From: an uncultured Verrucomicrobiae bacterium
Lineage (GTDB): Bacteria > Verrucomicrobiota > Verrucomicrobiia > Chthoniobacterales > UBA10450
Assembly (NCBI GenBank): GCA_963735805.1
Contig: CAVTMK010000002.1
Coordinates: forward strand, 512,001 to 576,000
DNA length: 64,000 nucleotides
Reading direction: 5' to 3'
Under the pieces are notes generated by a model, which made no database searches, was not told the origin of the DNA, and saw nothing but the letters and a program-made list of their open reading frames with translations. This document shows, one piece after another, positions 50,499 to 61,594 of the stretch (positions are counted from its first letter, which is position 1; every line of letters begins with the position of its first letter). The translations under genes were made by a program, and so were the position numbers.

Positions 50499-52280
50499 TT
50501 GAAGAATTTTTTCGCAGAACTGAAGCGGCGCAATGTTTACAAAGTCGCGGTCGCGTACATCGTCGCGAGCTGGGCCCTTTCGCAGGGAATCGCACAGGTG
50601 TTTCCGGTGTTCGATGTTCCGAACTGGGTGATCCGCGCGATTGTTCTTCTCATCATCCTTGGCTTTCCCATTGCCGTTGTCTTCGCCTGGTTCTTCGAGA
50701 TCACGCCAGAAGGAATCAAGCGCACCGAAGTTGCCGACGCCGCGCGCCAGCATTCACGCGGCAAGGCCTGGATCTACGTTGTCGTCATCGGCGCAATCGC
50801 ATCGATCGGCTTGTTTTTGCTCGGTCGATACAGCGCAGCAACGTATAACGCCGCTTCAACACGAGCCGTGCCCGCAGCCATCCCGGCCAAGTCAATCGCG
50901 GTATTACCGTTCGAAAATCTAAGCGACGATAAGAACACCGCTTACTTTAGTGACGGGATTACCGAGGAAATACTCAACGCGCTCGCACAGATTCCGAACT
51001 TGAAAGTGGCGGCGCGCCGATCGGCTTTCCAGTTCAAGGGCAACGATCTCGATCTGCGTAAAATCGGGCAGGTACTCGGAGTGGCACATATTCTGGAAGG
51101 GAGTTTGCAGAAGGCCGACGACCAGGTGCGCATCAACGTGCAGTTAGTCGATGTGCAAGATGGGTTGCAGACGTGGTCCGAGAAATACGATCGCAAACTC
51201 GACAACGTCTTTGCGGTTGAGGATGAAATTGCCAAAGCGATCGCGACCAAGTTGCGCGTCCAGCTCACCGGCGGCGGCGGTCAACCGCTCGTCGTTGACA
51301 GCACGAACAATCCGCAAGCGCATGAACTTTATCTGCGCGGACTGACTCTGCTGGCCGCTCGAGGTCCCGCATTGCGCGAAGCAAGCGACTTATTTCAACA
51401 GGCGGTAAAACTGGACGCGGGTTATGCGCAGGCATGGGGAGCGTTGGCCATTACCGAGCTTTTGCTCCCTTCTTATGGACTTGACTCGTTCGACGCTTCC
51501 CTGCCGCGAGGCGAGTCAGCCGCCCAACGCGCTCTTTCACTCGACCCTAACACGGCTTCGGCCCACGTCGCGGTCGGGCTCGCCAACAGCATTCGCTTCC
51601 GCTGGCCGGAAGCCGACCAGGCATTCCGCCGCGCCCTTGTACTTGCACCCGGTGACGCTGAAGCGGTCAATCAATATGCCCAATTCCTCTCCACCATTGG
51701 ACAGCTCGAGCCGAGTTTGCGCGAGATCGAGCGCGCGCAACAGCTCGATCCATTATCGCCTATTATCGGCGTGATTCATGCCGGCGCCCTCGCTGCCTTG
51801 AGGCGTGATGACGCAGCGGAAGCACAGATCAAAAAGATTCTCGCGGCGCATCCTGAGTTCAGGCCGGCGCAGGCCTGGGCCGCCGCTCAGCATATCGAAC
51901 GCAAAATGTACCCGGAAGCGGAAGCGGAGCTGCGTGCGTCAGGCAAGCTCAACGGTCAAAATGGAGAGGCCAAAGCGTTGCTCGTCCGCGGCATGGCCGA
52001 CCCGGCCCAGCGCGTCGCGGCCGTAAATAGCCTGGAGACTTCGCCGGACAATGCCGATATCCGGCAGGACGCGATTTGGTACGCATTTTATCTCGTATCA
52101 TTGGGAGAACGTGGCCGTGCCCTGGATCAGCTGGAAATCTATGCGGACAAACACAACAGCGGTTTCGCGGCATGGCTCTGGAATCGAGGTTTCGATCCAT
52201 TGCGTGACGAACCGCGTTTCAAGGCGGTTCTTGCCAAACTGGCTCTCCCCTACATCCCGACTGTCGCCACCGAGCCATGA
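50499..52280 (+). CDS. Membrane-anchored TolB-N-like/TPR protein, paralog 1
   Basis: FFAELKRRNVYK, 3 TMs, KSIAVLPFENLS, YFSDGITEEIL, LEGS, TPRs; TTG start inferred by alignment with paralogs. Confidence 0.85.
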   Translation: MKNFFAELKRRNVYKVAVAYIVASWALSQGIAQVFPVFDVPNWVIRAIVLLIILGFPIAVVFAWFFEITPEGIKRTEVADAARQHSRGKAWIYVVVIGAIASIGLFLLGRYSAATYNAASTRAVPAAIPAKSIAVLPFENLSDDKNTAYFSDGITEEILNALAQIPNLKVAARRSAFQFKGNDLDLRKIGQVLGVAHILEGSLQKADDQVRINVQLVDVQDGLQTWSEKYDRKLDNVFAVEDEIAKAIATKLRVQLTGGGGQPLVVDSTNNPQAHELYLRGLTLLAARGPALREASDLFQQAVKLDAGYAQAWGALAITELLLPSYGLDSFDASLPRGESAAQRALSLDPNTASAHVAVGLANSIRFRWPEADQAFRRALVLAPGDAEAVNQYAQFLSTIGQLEPSLREIERAQQLDPLSPIIGVIHAGALAALRRDDAAEAQIKKILAAHPEFRPAQAWAAAQHIERKMYPEAEAELRASGKLNGQNGEAKALLVRGMADPAQRVAAVNSLETSPDNADIRQDAIWYAFYLVSLGERGRALDQLEIYADKHNSGFAAWLWNRGFDPLRDEPRFKAVLAKLALPYIPTVATEP

Positions 52281-54067
52281 GCGACAAACCCTCATTCTTT
52301 TCGGAGCTCAAGCGTCGCAACGTTTACAAGGTAGCGGTCGCCTACGCTGTCGCTTCGTGGTTGCTGATTCAGATTGCGACGCAGGTCTTTCCCTTTTTCG
52401 AGATTCCGAACTGGGCTGTTCGGCTCGTCGTGTTACTCCTCATGCTCGGTTTTCCTGTCGCGCTGATTCTGTCGTGGGCGTTCGAGATCACGCCGGAAGG
52501 AATCAAGCGTGAATCGGAAGTGGCGCACGAGCAGTCAAAGACGCGCCACACCGGGCGAAGGGTTGTTGGCCTGACGATTATTGCCGGAATCATCGCAGCT
52601 GGTTTGCTCGTCTTCCAACTCTGGCACTCCAAATTAGGTCCCCACGCGAGTCCCTCCGTTGATGCATCATTCAGCACGGCCGCCAGAGGCATCGCCGTCT
52701 TGCCACTTGTCAACACCAGTGGTGATCCCGCGAACGAATATTTTTCCGACGGCTTGTCTGAAGAACTAATCGCAGTGCTCGCCAAGATTCCCGATCTCAA
52801 GGTGATCGGACGCAGTTCGTCGTTTCTCTTCAAAGGCAAATCGGACGACGCCAGGACGATCGGTGAAAAGCTCGGCGTGGCCAATCTCATCGAAGGCAGT
52901 GTTCGAAAACAGGGCGATCGCGTTCGGATCGTGGCCGAGCTAATCAATGCTACCGACGGGCGCTCACTCTGGTCGGAAACCTACGATCGCGAGTTGAAAG
53001 ACATTTTCGCCGTGCAAAACGAGATCGCCACTGCGGTAGCGGATCAGATGAAAGTGAAGTTGTTAGGCCGATCCACGCGACCTGACTTGGCTGGTTCGAG
53101 CGAAAATCCTGCGGCTCACAACGCAGTCCTGCAGTCAGACTTTTATTTTCAACAGCAGACGGCCGATAGCGTTCGAAAGTCGATCTCGTTCCTGCAAGAG
53201 GCGGTTCGCTTGGATCCGAACTACGCCCTTGCTTATGCCAAACTGAGCCAGGCCTGGCGTCAATACGCTGCCAGCTTTGCCATAGATGATGCGTCAAAAG
53301 CGTACGACGCGGCCCGCCAGGCCGCGGACAAGGCCGTTAATCTCGCGCCTGACTTGCCCGAAGTGCGAATGACAGTGGGCTTGCTGGCAATGAACCCCGG
53401 GCTCGATTTCGCCGGCGCCGAGAAAGAATTCCGCCGGGTCCTGCAATCGTCTCCGAACAACGCTACCGCTAAAAATGCACTTACCCTTTCCCTGTTGGCT
53501 CAGGATCGACTGACTGAAGCCGAGGAGACCTGCCGGGAGGCGCTTTCGTTAGACCCTCTCCTCACGACTTTGTGGTACAATCTTGGCCGAATCATGGCCG
53601 GAACAGGCCGTTATAAAGAAGCTGAGGAGGCGTGTCGCAAAGGACTTGAGCTTCAGCCAGGCGCTTCTCGCTTTCATACTTACCTTGCCACGCTCGATAT
53701 TTTGCAAAACCGCCCGGCACAGGCAATGGCGAATGCACAACTCGAGAACGAAGGTTTCTGGCGCGATTTTGCCATCGCCATGGTGCAACAAGCGCATGGC
53801 GACCGATCAGTGGCCGACGCTGCGCTCAAGGATTTCATCGCCAGGGATTCGAAAGGTGGCGAATTTCAGGTCGCTGTCCTCTACGCCATCCGCAAGGAGC
53901 CTGACGAGATGTTCAAGTGGCTCGACACTGCTTATGCGACGCGCGATTCCGGCATGGTTCAGCTCGTCATCACACCTTTCTTCATCCCGTATCACGACGA
54001 CCCGCGTTTCATCGCCTTGTGCCAGAAGCTCAATGTGCAGTTGCCTGCAGGTTCCCCAAAGCCATGA
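52277..54067 (+). CDS. Membrane-anchored TolB-N-like/TPR protein, paralog 2
   Basis: Same architecture; ATGA overlap with paralog 1. Confidence 0.88.
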   Translation: MSDKPSFFSELKRRNVYKVAVAYAVASWLLIQIATQVFPFFEIPNWAVRLVVLLLMLGFPVALILSWAFEITPEGIKRESEVAHEQSKTRHTGRRVVGLTIIAGIIAAGLLVFQLWHSKLGPHASPSVDASFSTAARGIAVLPLVNTSGDPANEYFSDGLSEELIAVLAKIPDLKVIGRSSSFLFKGKSDDARTIGEKLGVANLIEGSVRKQGDRVRIVAELINATDGRSLWSETYDRELKDIFAVQNEIATAVADQMKVKLLGRSTRPDLAGSSENPAAHNAVLQSDFYFQQQTADSVRKSISFLQEAVRLDPNYALAYAKLSQAWRQYAASFAIDDASKAYDAARQAADKAVNLAPDLPEVRMTVGLLAMNPGLDFAGAEKEFRRVLQSSPNNATAKNALTLSLLAQDRLTEAEETCREALSLDPLLTTLWYNLGRIMAGTGRYKEAEEACRKGLELQPGASRFHTYLATLDILQNRPAQAMANAQLENEGFWRDFAIAMVQQAHGDRSVADAALKDFIARDSKGGEFQVAVLYAIRKEPDEMFKWLDTAYATRDSGMVQLVITPFFIPYHDDPRFIALCQKLNVQLPAGSPKP

Positions 54068-56148
54068 GCGAGAAGCCTTCGTTTTTTTCCGAGTTGAAGC
54101 GGCGCAATGTGTACAAGGTTGGCGTCGCATACGCGGTAGTCGGCTGGTTGATCGCCCAAATCGCCACACAGATATTTCCGTTCCTGGAGATCCCGAACTG
54201 GGCGATTCGGCTCGTGATTCTGCTGATCGTCGTTGGTTTTCCGATTGCATTGATTGTCGCTTGGGCATTCGAGCTGACGCCCGAAGGAATCAAGCGGACA
54301 GAAGATGCCGACCTTGCCGCGTCAACCCGGCAACCGCGAAAGCATGCGTGGATTGTTGTCGTGATCGTTGGTGCGGCGCTCTCGGTCGGTCTGTTTTTCT
54401 TCGGCCGTTACTCGGTACAAACGCCTCGACAGAATGCCAGTGCGGCTCGCACCGAGGCGGCTACAGTCTCGACGATTCCGCAAAAATCGGTTGCGGTCTT
54501 ACCGTTTGAAAATCTGAGCGACGACAAGAACGCCGCTTATTTCGCCGACGGCATTCAGGATGAAATCCTGACCAAGCTTGCGAGCATCGCCGATCTCAAA
54601 GTGATCTCGCGCACTTCCACCGCGAAGTACAAGAGTAAGCCGGAAGATCTAAAGACAGTTTCGCAACAGCTCGGCGTCGCGACCGTTCTCGAAGGCAGTG
54701 TGCAGAAAGCTAACGACAAAGTGCGGGTTAATGTGCAGTTGATCGATGCCCGCGCCGATTCGCATCTCTGGGCAAAAACGTACGACCGCGATCTTGCAGA
54801 TGTCTTCGCGATACAGAGCGAGGTCGCCCAGGAGATCGCCGATTCGCTACAAGCGAAACTTTCTCCGACCGAAACCAGCAGAATGGCTAGCGCGCCGACG
54901 AATGACACGCAGGCTTATGATCTTTTCCTCAAAGGCGAGTTCGAGCAACGCATCGCGAACAGTAATTTCCGACCGGAATCATTCGACCAGGCAGCACGTT
55001 GGTACAAGGAAGCAATAGCGCGCGACCCAAATTTTGCCCTGGCCATCGCGCAACTGGCTATCTGCCAGCTGAGGCGTCATTGGCTGACCGACCCGTTGAC
55101 CGACGCGGAAGTGATGGAGGCGGGAAGATTGGCAAAGCAGGCACTGACACTTGCGCCCGATCTCGCCGAAGCACATGTCGCGTTGGGTCTATTTTACTAT
55201 TACGGCTTCCGCGAGTACGAACCGGCGTTAACTGAGTTTCGGCGCGCGATCGAGCTTCAGCCTAACAACGCGCTGGCGCTCTCGTTTGTCGCCTTTGTCC
55301 ACCGGCGACAGGGAAAATGGAATCTCACTTTGGACGAGCTGAAAAGATCGATCGACCTAAATCCGCGCGATGCGTACACCATTGGCGGCCTCGCAGAGAC
55401 CGATGTCTTTCTGCGCAGGTGGAAGGAAGCCGAAGAGACTGCCAGGCAAGCGCTCACAATCGACCCACACGAGGCCACTAGTATGCGTATGTTGCTGCTG
55501 AGTTCTCTGAACCGCACCGGGAACGCACAGGAACCGTTGCGGCTACTCGCGACATTTCCGCCGGACGACCTGCTGCTTCCTAATACTGGCATGTTTGATA
55601 TGGTGATTGGGACTCGCGGCCAAACTTTTGTCCTTGGCCGGGATTTTAACGCGGCATTAAAAGCTTGTGAAACCGGGACGGTCGCGACGACCAACGAATG
55701 GCAACGGTTCGCGGCCAAAGCCGGGATTCGTGTTCTGGCCGGCGATGTTACCGGCGCCCACGCGGATGCCGAGAAAGCTCGCGAACTATTGGAGACGAGA
55801 CTGCGCGAGCAGCCGCAGGACTTTCGTGCGCTCAGAGCATTAAGTTGGGTTTATCTCGCGCTGGATCGGAAGACCGATGCCATCAAGGTCGCCCAACATA
55901 CACTCGATCTTCTGCCACCCGAGAAAGACGCGGTACTTGGTTCCGGAAATCTCGCTGCCTTGGCCGAGATTCAGGCGCAGACCGGTGCGACCACGGAGGC
56001 AGTGCAGAATCTGAAAAAACTTCTCTCGATCCCGGCGGGCGAGACCATTTCCATCGCGCGCCTGAAAATCGATCCAGTGTGGGACCCGATCCGCAACGAT
56101 CCCGGCTTTCAACAACTGCTGACGATCAAGGAGTACGTCGGGCCGTGA
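54064..56148 (+). CDS. Membrane-anchored TolB-N-like/TPR protein, paralog 3
   Basis: MSEKPSFFSELKRRNVYK; ATGA overlap; longer TPR region. Confidence 0.88.
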   Translation: MSEKPSFFSELKRRNVYKVGVAYAVVGWLIAQIATQIFPFLEIPNWAIRLVILLIVVGFPIALIVAWAFELTPEGIKRTEDADLAASTRQPRKHAWIVVVIVGAALSVGLFFFGRYSVQTPRQNASAARTEAATVSTIPQKSVAVLPFENLSDDKNAAYFADGIQDEILTKLASIADLKVISRTSTAKYKSKPEDLKTVSQQLGVATVLEGSVQKANDKVRVNVQLIDARADSHLWAKTYDRDLADVFAIQSEVAQEIADSLQAKLSPTETSRMASAPTNDTQAYDLFLKGEFEQRIANSNFRPESFDQAARWYKEAIARDPNFALAIAQLAICQLRRHWLTDPLTDAEVMEAGRLAKQALTLAPDLAEAHVALGLFYYYGFREYEPALTEFRRAIELQPNNALALSFVAFVHRRQGKWNLTLDELKRSIDLNPRDAYTIGGLAETDVFLRRWKEAEETARQALTIDPHEATSMRMLLLSSLNRTGNAQEPLRLLATFPPDDLLLPNTGMFDMVIGTRGQTFVLGRDFNAALKACETGTVATTNEWQRFAAKAGIRVLAGDVTGAHADAEKARELLETRLREQPQDFRALRALSWVYLALDRKTDAIKVAQHTLDLLPPEKDAVLGSGNLAALAEIQAQTGATTEAVQNLKKLLSIPAGETISIARLKIDPVWDPIRNDPGFQQLLTIKEYVGP

Positions 56149-56176
56149 AAAACTGTATGAGAAAAGGCTCGCCGCG

Positions 56177-57952
56177 ATGAATGAATTCTTTCAACGGTTG
56201 AAGCAGCGCAAGCTGGTGCAATGGGCTATTGCTTATGTCGCGGCGGCGTTCGCCTTGTTACAAGGGATCGATATTGTCGCGCAACAATTCGGCTGGCCGG
56301 AAAGTGTGCGGCGCGGGATTACTTTGGCGTTGGTTGTCGGCTTCTTTGTTACTCTCGTTGTAGCCTGGTATCACGGAGAACGTGGTGCGCAGCGCGTTAG
56401 CGGCGCGGAGCTGCTTATCATAGGCCTGGTCCTGGCTCTGGGCGGCGGATTGCTTTGGCGTTTTACTGCCGTCTCACGCTTGCCGGAAACGAAGGCCGCG
56501 GCGTCGGAGCCTAACGACCATAAGACTTTGGCCAACTCGGTCGCGGTGCTCGCATTCGACAACCTGAGCGATGATAAGGGGAGCGAGTATTTTTCCGACG
56601 GAATCAGCGAGGAGTTGCTGACTGTGCTGCAAAAAATTCCCGGTCTGCACGTCGCCGCGCGGACATCGGCGTTTTCATTCAAAGGTAAGAACGCGACCGC
56701 GCAGGAGATCGGGCAGAAACTCGGGGTAGCGCATCTGGTTGAGGGAAGTGTGCGCAAGGCTGGCGATATGGTGCGCATCGCAGCCCGACTGACTCAGGCT
56801 AACACAGGCGAAGAGCAATGGTCGGAAAATTACACACGTAATTTGAAGGATGTGTTCGCCGTTCAAACCGAGATCGCCCAAACCATCGTCGAACAGTTGC
56901 ACGGTCAGCTGACGGGTGGCGCGGCCAATCCGACAACTAAAGCGCGGATTGAGGCCGAAGTGCGCGCGGCGGAGAAAGGCGGTACGAAAAACGTCGAGGC
57001 GCATGAAGCTTATTTGCAGGGCCGCTTTTTTGCGAATCGCCACTCGGAAAAAGAGACGGATCAAGCCCGGGTCGCTTATGAGCACGCGGTGGAGTTGGAT
57101 CCCAAATTCGCGCTCGCGTGGGCGGGCCTGGCCCAGACTCACGTCTGGGATTGTAATTACGCCACCGAGGGGGGCCAGAAAGGGTTCAACGCTCATCTGG
57201 CTGCCGCGCGCGAGGCGTTGGATCGAGCCCTCGCCCTCGAACCAGACTTACCGGAAGCGTTGTTCGCGCGCGCAATGATCCAAACAAATTTTGATTATGA
57301 TTGGAAAGGTGCGGCCGAAACGTTGCGGAAGGCTCTCGCTCTCGCTCCACAAGATTCGGCATTGCTGATGGAGGCGGGAAATCTTGCGAACGCTCGCGGC
57401 GAAAAGACACAGGCTGTCGAATTTAGCCAGCGAGCGGTCGCGCTGGATCCGGTGAATGCCCAGGCCCGGGCGTTTCTCGCGGGCAATCTGTCAGTCTCGG
57501 GTAAGCAGTCGGAAGCGAGGACGGAATACTCGCGCGTGACTGAGTTGAATCCATCGGCGCCGTTTGGCCCCGCCGGTGTAGGCTTGTCTTATCTTTTGGA
57601 AGGTAAATTTGAAGAAGCGGCGGTGGCTGCGCAAAAGGATGCGGCCGATTGGGCACGGCTACTCATCGTGAGCTGTGCGCGCTGGGCGCAAAAGCGAATT
57701 CCCGAATCTGACGCTGCGCTTGCGGAGTTGATCGCAAACACCAGCGAAACCGGCGCGTATCAGATTGCCGAGGCCTACGGGTATCGAAATGACAAGGATC
57801 ACGCGTTCGAATGGTTGGAGCGCGCACGTCGGCAGCGCGACGCCGGTCTGCCCGGTTTGCGCACAGATACGCTGCTCCCGAATCTTCACGGCGATCCGCG
57901 CTGGGACGTATTTTTGCGCACAATGGGCCTGGCCGACGACCAATTGAAGTGA
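56177..57952 (+). CDS. Membrane-anchored TolB-N-like/TPR protein, paralog 4 (divergent anchor)
   Basis: FFQRLKQRKLVQW, AWYHGERGAQRV, SVAVLAFDNLS, TPRs. Confidence 0.88.
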   Translation: MNEFFQRLKQRKLVQWAIAYVAAAFALLQGIDIVAQQFGWPESVRRGITLALVVGFFVTLVVAWYHGERGAQRVSGAELLIIGLVLALGGGLLWRFTAVSRLPETKAAASEPNDHKTLANSVAVLAFDNLSDDKGSEYFSDGISEELLTVLQKIPGLHVAARTSAFSFKGKNATAQEIGQKLGVAHLVEGSVRKAGDMVRIAARLTQANTGEEQWSENYTRNLKDVFAVQTEIAQTIVEQLHGQLTGGAANPTTKARIEAEVRAAEKGGTKNVEAHEAYLQGRFFANRHSEKETDQARVAYEHAVELDPKFALAWAGLAQTHVWDCNYATEGGQKGFNAHLAAAREALDRALALEPDLPEALFARAMIQTNFDYDWKGAAETLRKALALAPQDSALLMEAGNLANARGEKTQAVEFSQRAVALDPVNAQARAFLAGNLSVSGKQSEARTEYSRVTELNPSAPFGPAGVGLSYLLEGKFEEAAVAAQKDAADWARLLIVSCARWAQKRIPESDAALAELIANTSETGAYQIAEAYGYRNDKDHAFEWLERARRQRDAGLPGLRTDTLLPNLHGDPRWDVFLRTMGLADDQLK

Positions 57953-59739
57953 GCGAACAAAATTTCTTCGCCGAACTGAAGCGGCGCAATGTTTACAAAG
58001 TCGCAGTCGCTTATGCGGTGGTCGCGTGGTTGTTGATCCAAGCGGCGTCGATTTTCCTCCCGGCTTTCGACGCGCCGGCATGGGTGATGAAGGTCTTTAT
58101 CATTATCATCATCTTCGGTTTTCCGGTGGCGCTGATTTTTTCGTGGGCGTTCGAGATTACGCCGGAAGGAATCAAACTCGAATCCGAGATCGAGGCGAAC
58201 AAATCGATCAAGCGACGCACTGGGCGAAAGATTGTTGCTATGACGATCGCGCTGGCTGTCCTCGCGGCTGGTCTATTTGTGTATCAACTTGTGCGGTCGA
58301 AACCAACAATCACGCCTACTGCCAGTGCGGCTCGCACCGAGGCGGCTACAGCACCGCCTAACAAATCGATCGCGGTGCTGCCGTTTGTGAACATGAGCGC
58401 GGACAAGAACGACGAGTATTTGAGTGACGGGATGACCGAGGAATTGATCAATGTGCTGGCGAAAGTGCCGGGATTGCGCGTGCCGGGACGAACATCCTGT
58501 TTTGCGTTCAAGGGCAAAAACGAAGAGGACATCTTTCGTAAAGTCGGCGATCAGCTGCACGTGGGCACGGTATTGGAAGGAAGCGTTCGCAAAGCCGGCG
58601 ACAACCTGCGCGTGACCGCTCAGCTCATCAATGTCAACGACGGTTATCATCTCTGGTCAAAGGCCTACGACGGCGACGTAAAGGACATTCTCAACTTTCA
58701 GAGCAACGTGGCCGAACAAGTCGTGCAGGCGTTGCAAGTGAAATTAGGGGGCGGAGAGAAACGGGCGCTAGCGAAGAAGCCGACGGAAAATCCTGAAGCT
58801 CACCGGCTCTATCTCCTGGGGCGCTACGAGTTCGCTAAGTACACGCAGACCGGCTGGAATAATGCGATCCACTATTACGAGCAGGCGCTGCGACTGGATC
58901 CGAACTACGCGCTAGCCTACTGCGGACTGGCCGATAACTACGCTTACATGGGAAGCGTGGTGATGCCGGAGAAGGAGGCCATAGCAAAGGAAAAGGAATT
59001 TGCACAGAAAGCACTCGAGCTCGACCCGGAACTGGCGGAAGCGCACATGTCCGTCGCTCTAGCACTCGTCGCTGCGTTTGACTGGCGAAACGGTCTGAAA
59101 GAATTCGATCGCGCGCTCGAACTGAATCCAAATCTGGCATTCGCTTATGAGTTACAAGCCTGGACTGTGAACGGACTTGGTCGATTCGACGAGGCGATCT
59201 CGAAGACCAAAAAAGCGATCGAACTCGATCCGCTGAATCCGTTCTTTCAAATGAGTTTGAGCTTCTACCAGTATTGGGCCCGTCAATACGACGACGCCAT
59301 CGCACAAGCCAGAAAGACGCTGGAAATGGATCCGAATTCAGCGATCAGTCATGTTCTGGTAGGCCTCTCTTTCCTTAAAAAAGGCGAGACGACCGGTGCA
59401 ATCGCGGAATTGCAAAAATCCAAAGCGCCGGATCCCGGTGCGTGGTATCAAGGATTCCTCGGCTACGCTTATGCCATCTCCGGAGATCGACCTAAAGCCG
59501 AGCAGGCCCTGCGCGAACTCGAAGAACTGGCGAAACGGCAATACGTCAGTCCAACGGCGTTCGCGACTATCTATCTCGGACTCGGCGAAAAGGAAAGATG
59601 TTTGGATTGGCTTGAAAAAGCTTATGAGCAGCGGGACAGCGCCTGCTGGTATCTAAAGATTGACCAGATTTACGATGGCGTGCGCAACGAGCCTCGCTTC
59701 CAGGCGCTGGTGCAGAAAGTCTTTGGCGCAAAACAGTGA
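57949..59739 (+). CDS. Membrane-anchored TolB-N-like/TPR protein, paralog 5
   Basis: GTGA overlap start (SEQNFFAELKRRNVYK); KSIAVLPFVNMS; TPRs. Confidence 0.88.
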   Translation: MSEQNFFAELKRRNVYKVAVAYAVVAWLLIQAASIFLPAFDAPAWVMKVFIIIIIFGFPVALIFSWAFEITPEGIKLESEIEANKSIKRRTGRKIVAMTIALAVLAAGLFVYQLVRSKPTITPTASAARTEAATAPPNKSIAVLPFVNMSADKNDEYLSDGMTEELINVLAKVPGLRVPGRTSCFAFKGKNEEDIFRKVGDQLHVGTVLEGSVRKAGDNLRVTAQLINVNDGYHLWSKAYDGDVKDILNFQSNVAEQVVQALQVKLGGGEKRALAKKPTENPEAHRLYLLGRYEFAKYTQTGWNNAIHYYEQALRLDPNYALAYCGLADNYAYMGSVVMPEKEAIAKEKEFAQKALELDPELAEAHMSVALALVAAFDWRNGLKEFDRALELNPNLAFAYELQAWTVNGLGRFDEAISKTKKAIELDPLNPFFQMSLSFYQYWARQYDDAIAQARKTLEMDPNSAISHVLVGLSFLKKGETTGAIAELQKSKAPDPGAWYQGFLGYAYAISGDRPKAEQALRELEELAKRQYVSPTAFATIYLGLGEKERCLDWLEKAYEQRDSACWYLKIDQIYDGVRNEPRFQALVQKVFGAKQ

Positions 59740-61538
59740 ACGTCGAAAATTTTCTCGCCGAGCTAAAGCGGCGCAATGTTTACAAGGTTGCGGTCGCGTA
59801 CGCGGTAGTGGCATGGTTGTTGATCCAAGCCGCGTCGATTTTCCTCCCGGCATTCGACGCGCCGCCGTTGGTGATGAAGATATTTATTATCGTCATCATC
59901 TTCGGTTTTCCGGTGGCGCTGATTTTTTCCTGGGCGTTTGAGATTACGCCGGAAGGAATCAAACTCGAATCCGAGATCGAGCCGAACAAATCAATCAAGC
60001 GAGGCACCGGGCGAAAGATTGTTGCCGTGACGATCGCGCTGGCAATCGTCGCGGCTGGTCTGTTCGTGTATCAACGAGTAGGGCGCGACCGCTGGTCGCG
60101 CCGCTCTTATGATCAAACCACCGAAAACCGACGGCCCGGCAGTCCGTCCCTACCGATACCTGACAAATCGATTGCCGTGCTGCCATTCGACAATCTCAGT
60201 CGCGATCCCGACAACGCTTACTTTTGTGAAGGTGTGCAGGATGAAATCCTCACGCGATTGGCCAAGGTCGCCGATTTGAAAGTGATCTCGCGCACGTCGA
60301 CGCAACACTTCAAGAGCGCGCCGGAAAACCTTCCTGAGATCGCAAAGCAACTTGGCGTGGCCCACATTCTGGAAGGCAGTGTGCAAAAAGCAGGCGAGCA
60401 GGTGCGCGTGAACGTCCAGCTCATCAACGCCATGACCGACGCGCATCTTTGGGCTGACACCTACGATCGAAAGCTGACTGACATTTTCGCAGTCGAGACA
60501 GACATCGCGAAAACGGTTGCCGATACCTTGCAGGCAAAACTCAGCGGCTCAGAAAAAAGTTCGATGGCGAAAACTCCGACGGTGAATCCGGAAGCTTACG
60601 AGCTTTATCTCAAAGGCAGATTCTTTTGGAACAAGCGGACCGGCGACGACCTGCGCAAATCGATCGAGTATCTCAAGCAAGCGATCGCCAAAGACCCCGG
60701 ATACGCGCTGGCGTATGCTGCTCTAGCAGATTCATATGGCCTGCTGCGTTTTTACGGCGGAGCTTCTCCAGCCGACTCGGTGGTGCCGGCGGAAGTTGCG
60801 GCGAAGAAAGCGCTGGAACTGGACGATTCGTTAGCTGAGGCACATGCTTCGCTTGGTCTCATTGCCACCGAGGAGCTCGAGGTGAACCGCGGAGTGAAAG
60901 AACTCGAGCGCGCGATTCAGTTAAACCCGAATTACGCGACCGCCCATCACTGGCTCGGCCTTGCGTTCGCGACGTTGCGGCAATCGGATCGATCTATTGC
61001 AGAACTAAAACGGGCGCTCGAGCTCGATCCGCTTTCCATGATCATCAATGCCGACCTGAGCATCATCTATCTTTACGCCGGTCGTTACGACGCCGCCGAA
61101 GCGCAGGCGCGAAAGACCTTGGAAATCGATCCGCGATCATTTGTCGCGCACTATTATCTCGGCGCAGCGCTGCAACTAACGAGGCGACTCAAAGAGGCGA
61201 TCCCGGAATTTCGAAAAGCAGTCGAGCTAAACAACGATCCTTATTCCATCGCCATGCTCGCCCAGGCCTATGCCCGAAATGGACAAATGGATGAGGCGCG
61301 AAAACTTCTCGCGCACCTGAATGAAATGGCGAAGTCCGCTGAGGTTCCTGAGTACGCCCTCGCCATCGTTTATACCTCGTTGGGAGAAAAAGAACGCGCC
61401 ATTGAAGCGCTCGAGCGCGGTTTTGCGGGAGGCAACAAAAGCTACTTATTCCTGCTCCCGGGAGATCCATTTCTCGACGATCTTCGCAGCGATCCGCGCT
61501 TCCAAGCGCTCGTGCAAAGAATCGTTAGCGGGAAATAA
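59736..61538 (+). CDS. Membrane-anchored TolB-N-like/TPR protein, paralog 6
   Basis: GTGA overlap; KSIAVLPFDNLS; AYELYLKGRFFWNKRT; TPRs. Confidence 0.88.
   Translation: MNVENFLAELKRRNVYKVAVAYAVVAWLLIQAASIFLPAFDAPPLVMKIFIIVIIFGFPVALIFSWAFEITPEGIKLESEIEPNKSIKRGTGRKIVAVTIALAIVAAGLFVYQRVGRDRWSRRSYDQTTENRRPGSPSLPIPDKSIAVLPFDNLSRDPDNAYFCEGVQDEILTRLAKVADLKVISRTSTQHFKSAPENLPEIAKQLGVAHILEGSVQKAGEQVRVNVQLINAMTDAHLWADTYDRKLTDIFAVETDIAKTVADTLQAKLSGSEKSSMAKTPTVNPEAYELYLKGRFFWNKRTGDDLRKSIEYLKQAIAKDPGYALAYAALADSYGLLRFYGGASPADSVVPAEVAAKKALELDDSLAEAHASLGLIATEELEVNRGVKELERAIQLNPNYATAHHWLGLAFATLRQSDRSIAELKRALELDPLSMIINADLSIIYLYAGRYDAAEAQARKTLEIDPRSFVAHYYLGAALQLTRRLKEAIPEFRKAVELNNDPYSIAMLAQAYARNGQMDEARKLLAHLNEMAKSAEVPEYALAIVYTSLGEKERAIEALERGFAGGNKSYLFLLPGDPFLDDLRSDPRFQALVQRIVSGK
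60078..60153. repeat. GTAG-type REP-like palindrome in-frame in paralog 6 linker
   Basis: GTAGGGCGCGACCGCTGGTCGCGCCG ... CGGCCCGGCAGTCCGTCCCTAC. Confidence 0.75.
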
Positions 61539-61594
61539 TGAAGATCGATTATTTCCTTTCGAAGCAGGAAGTGAATTAGGGGATAACGGCCACC

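Noticed and set aside
53583..54509. 308-aa ORF and many other overlapping or antisense ORFs in the track
   Set aside because: Shadow frames of well-supported genes with no recognisable motifs
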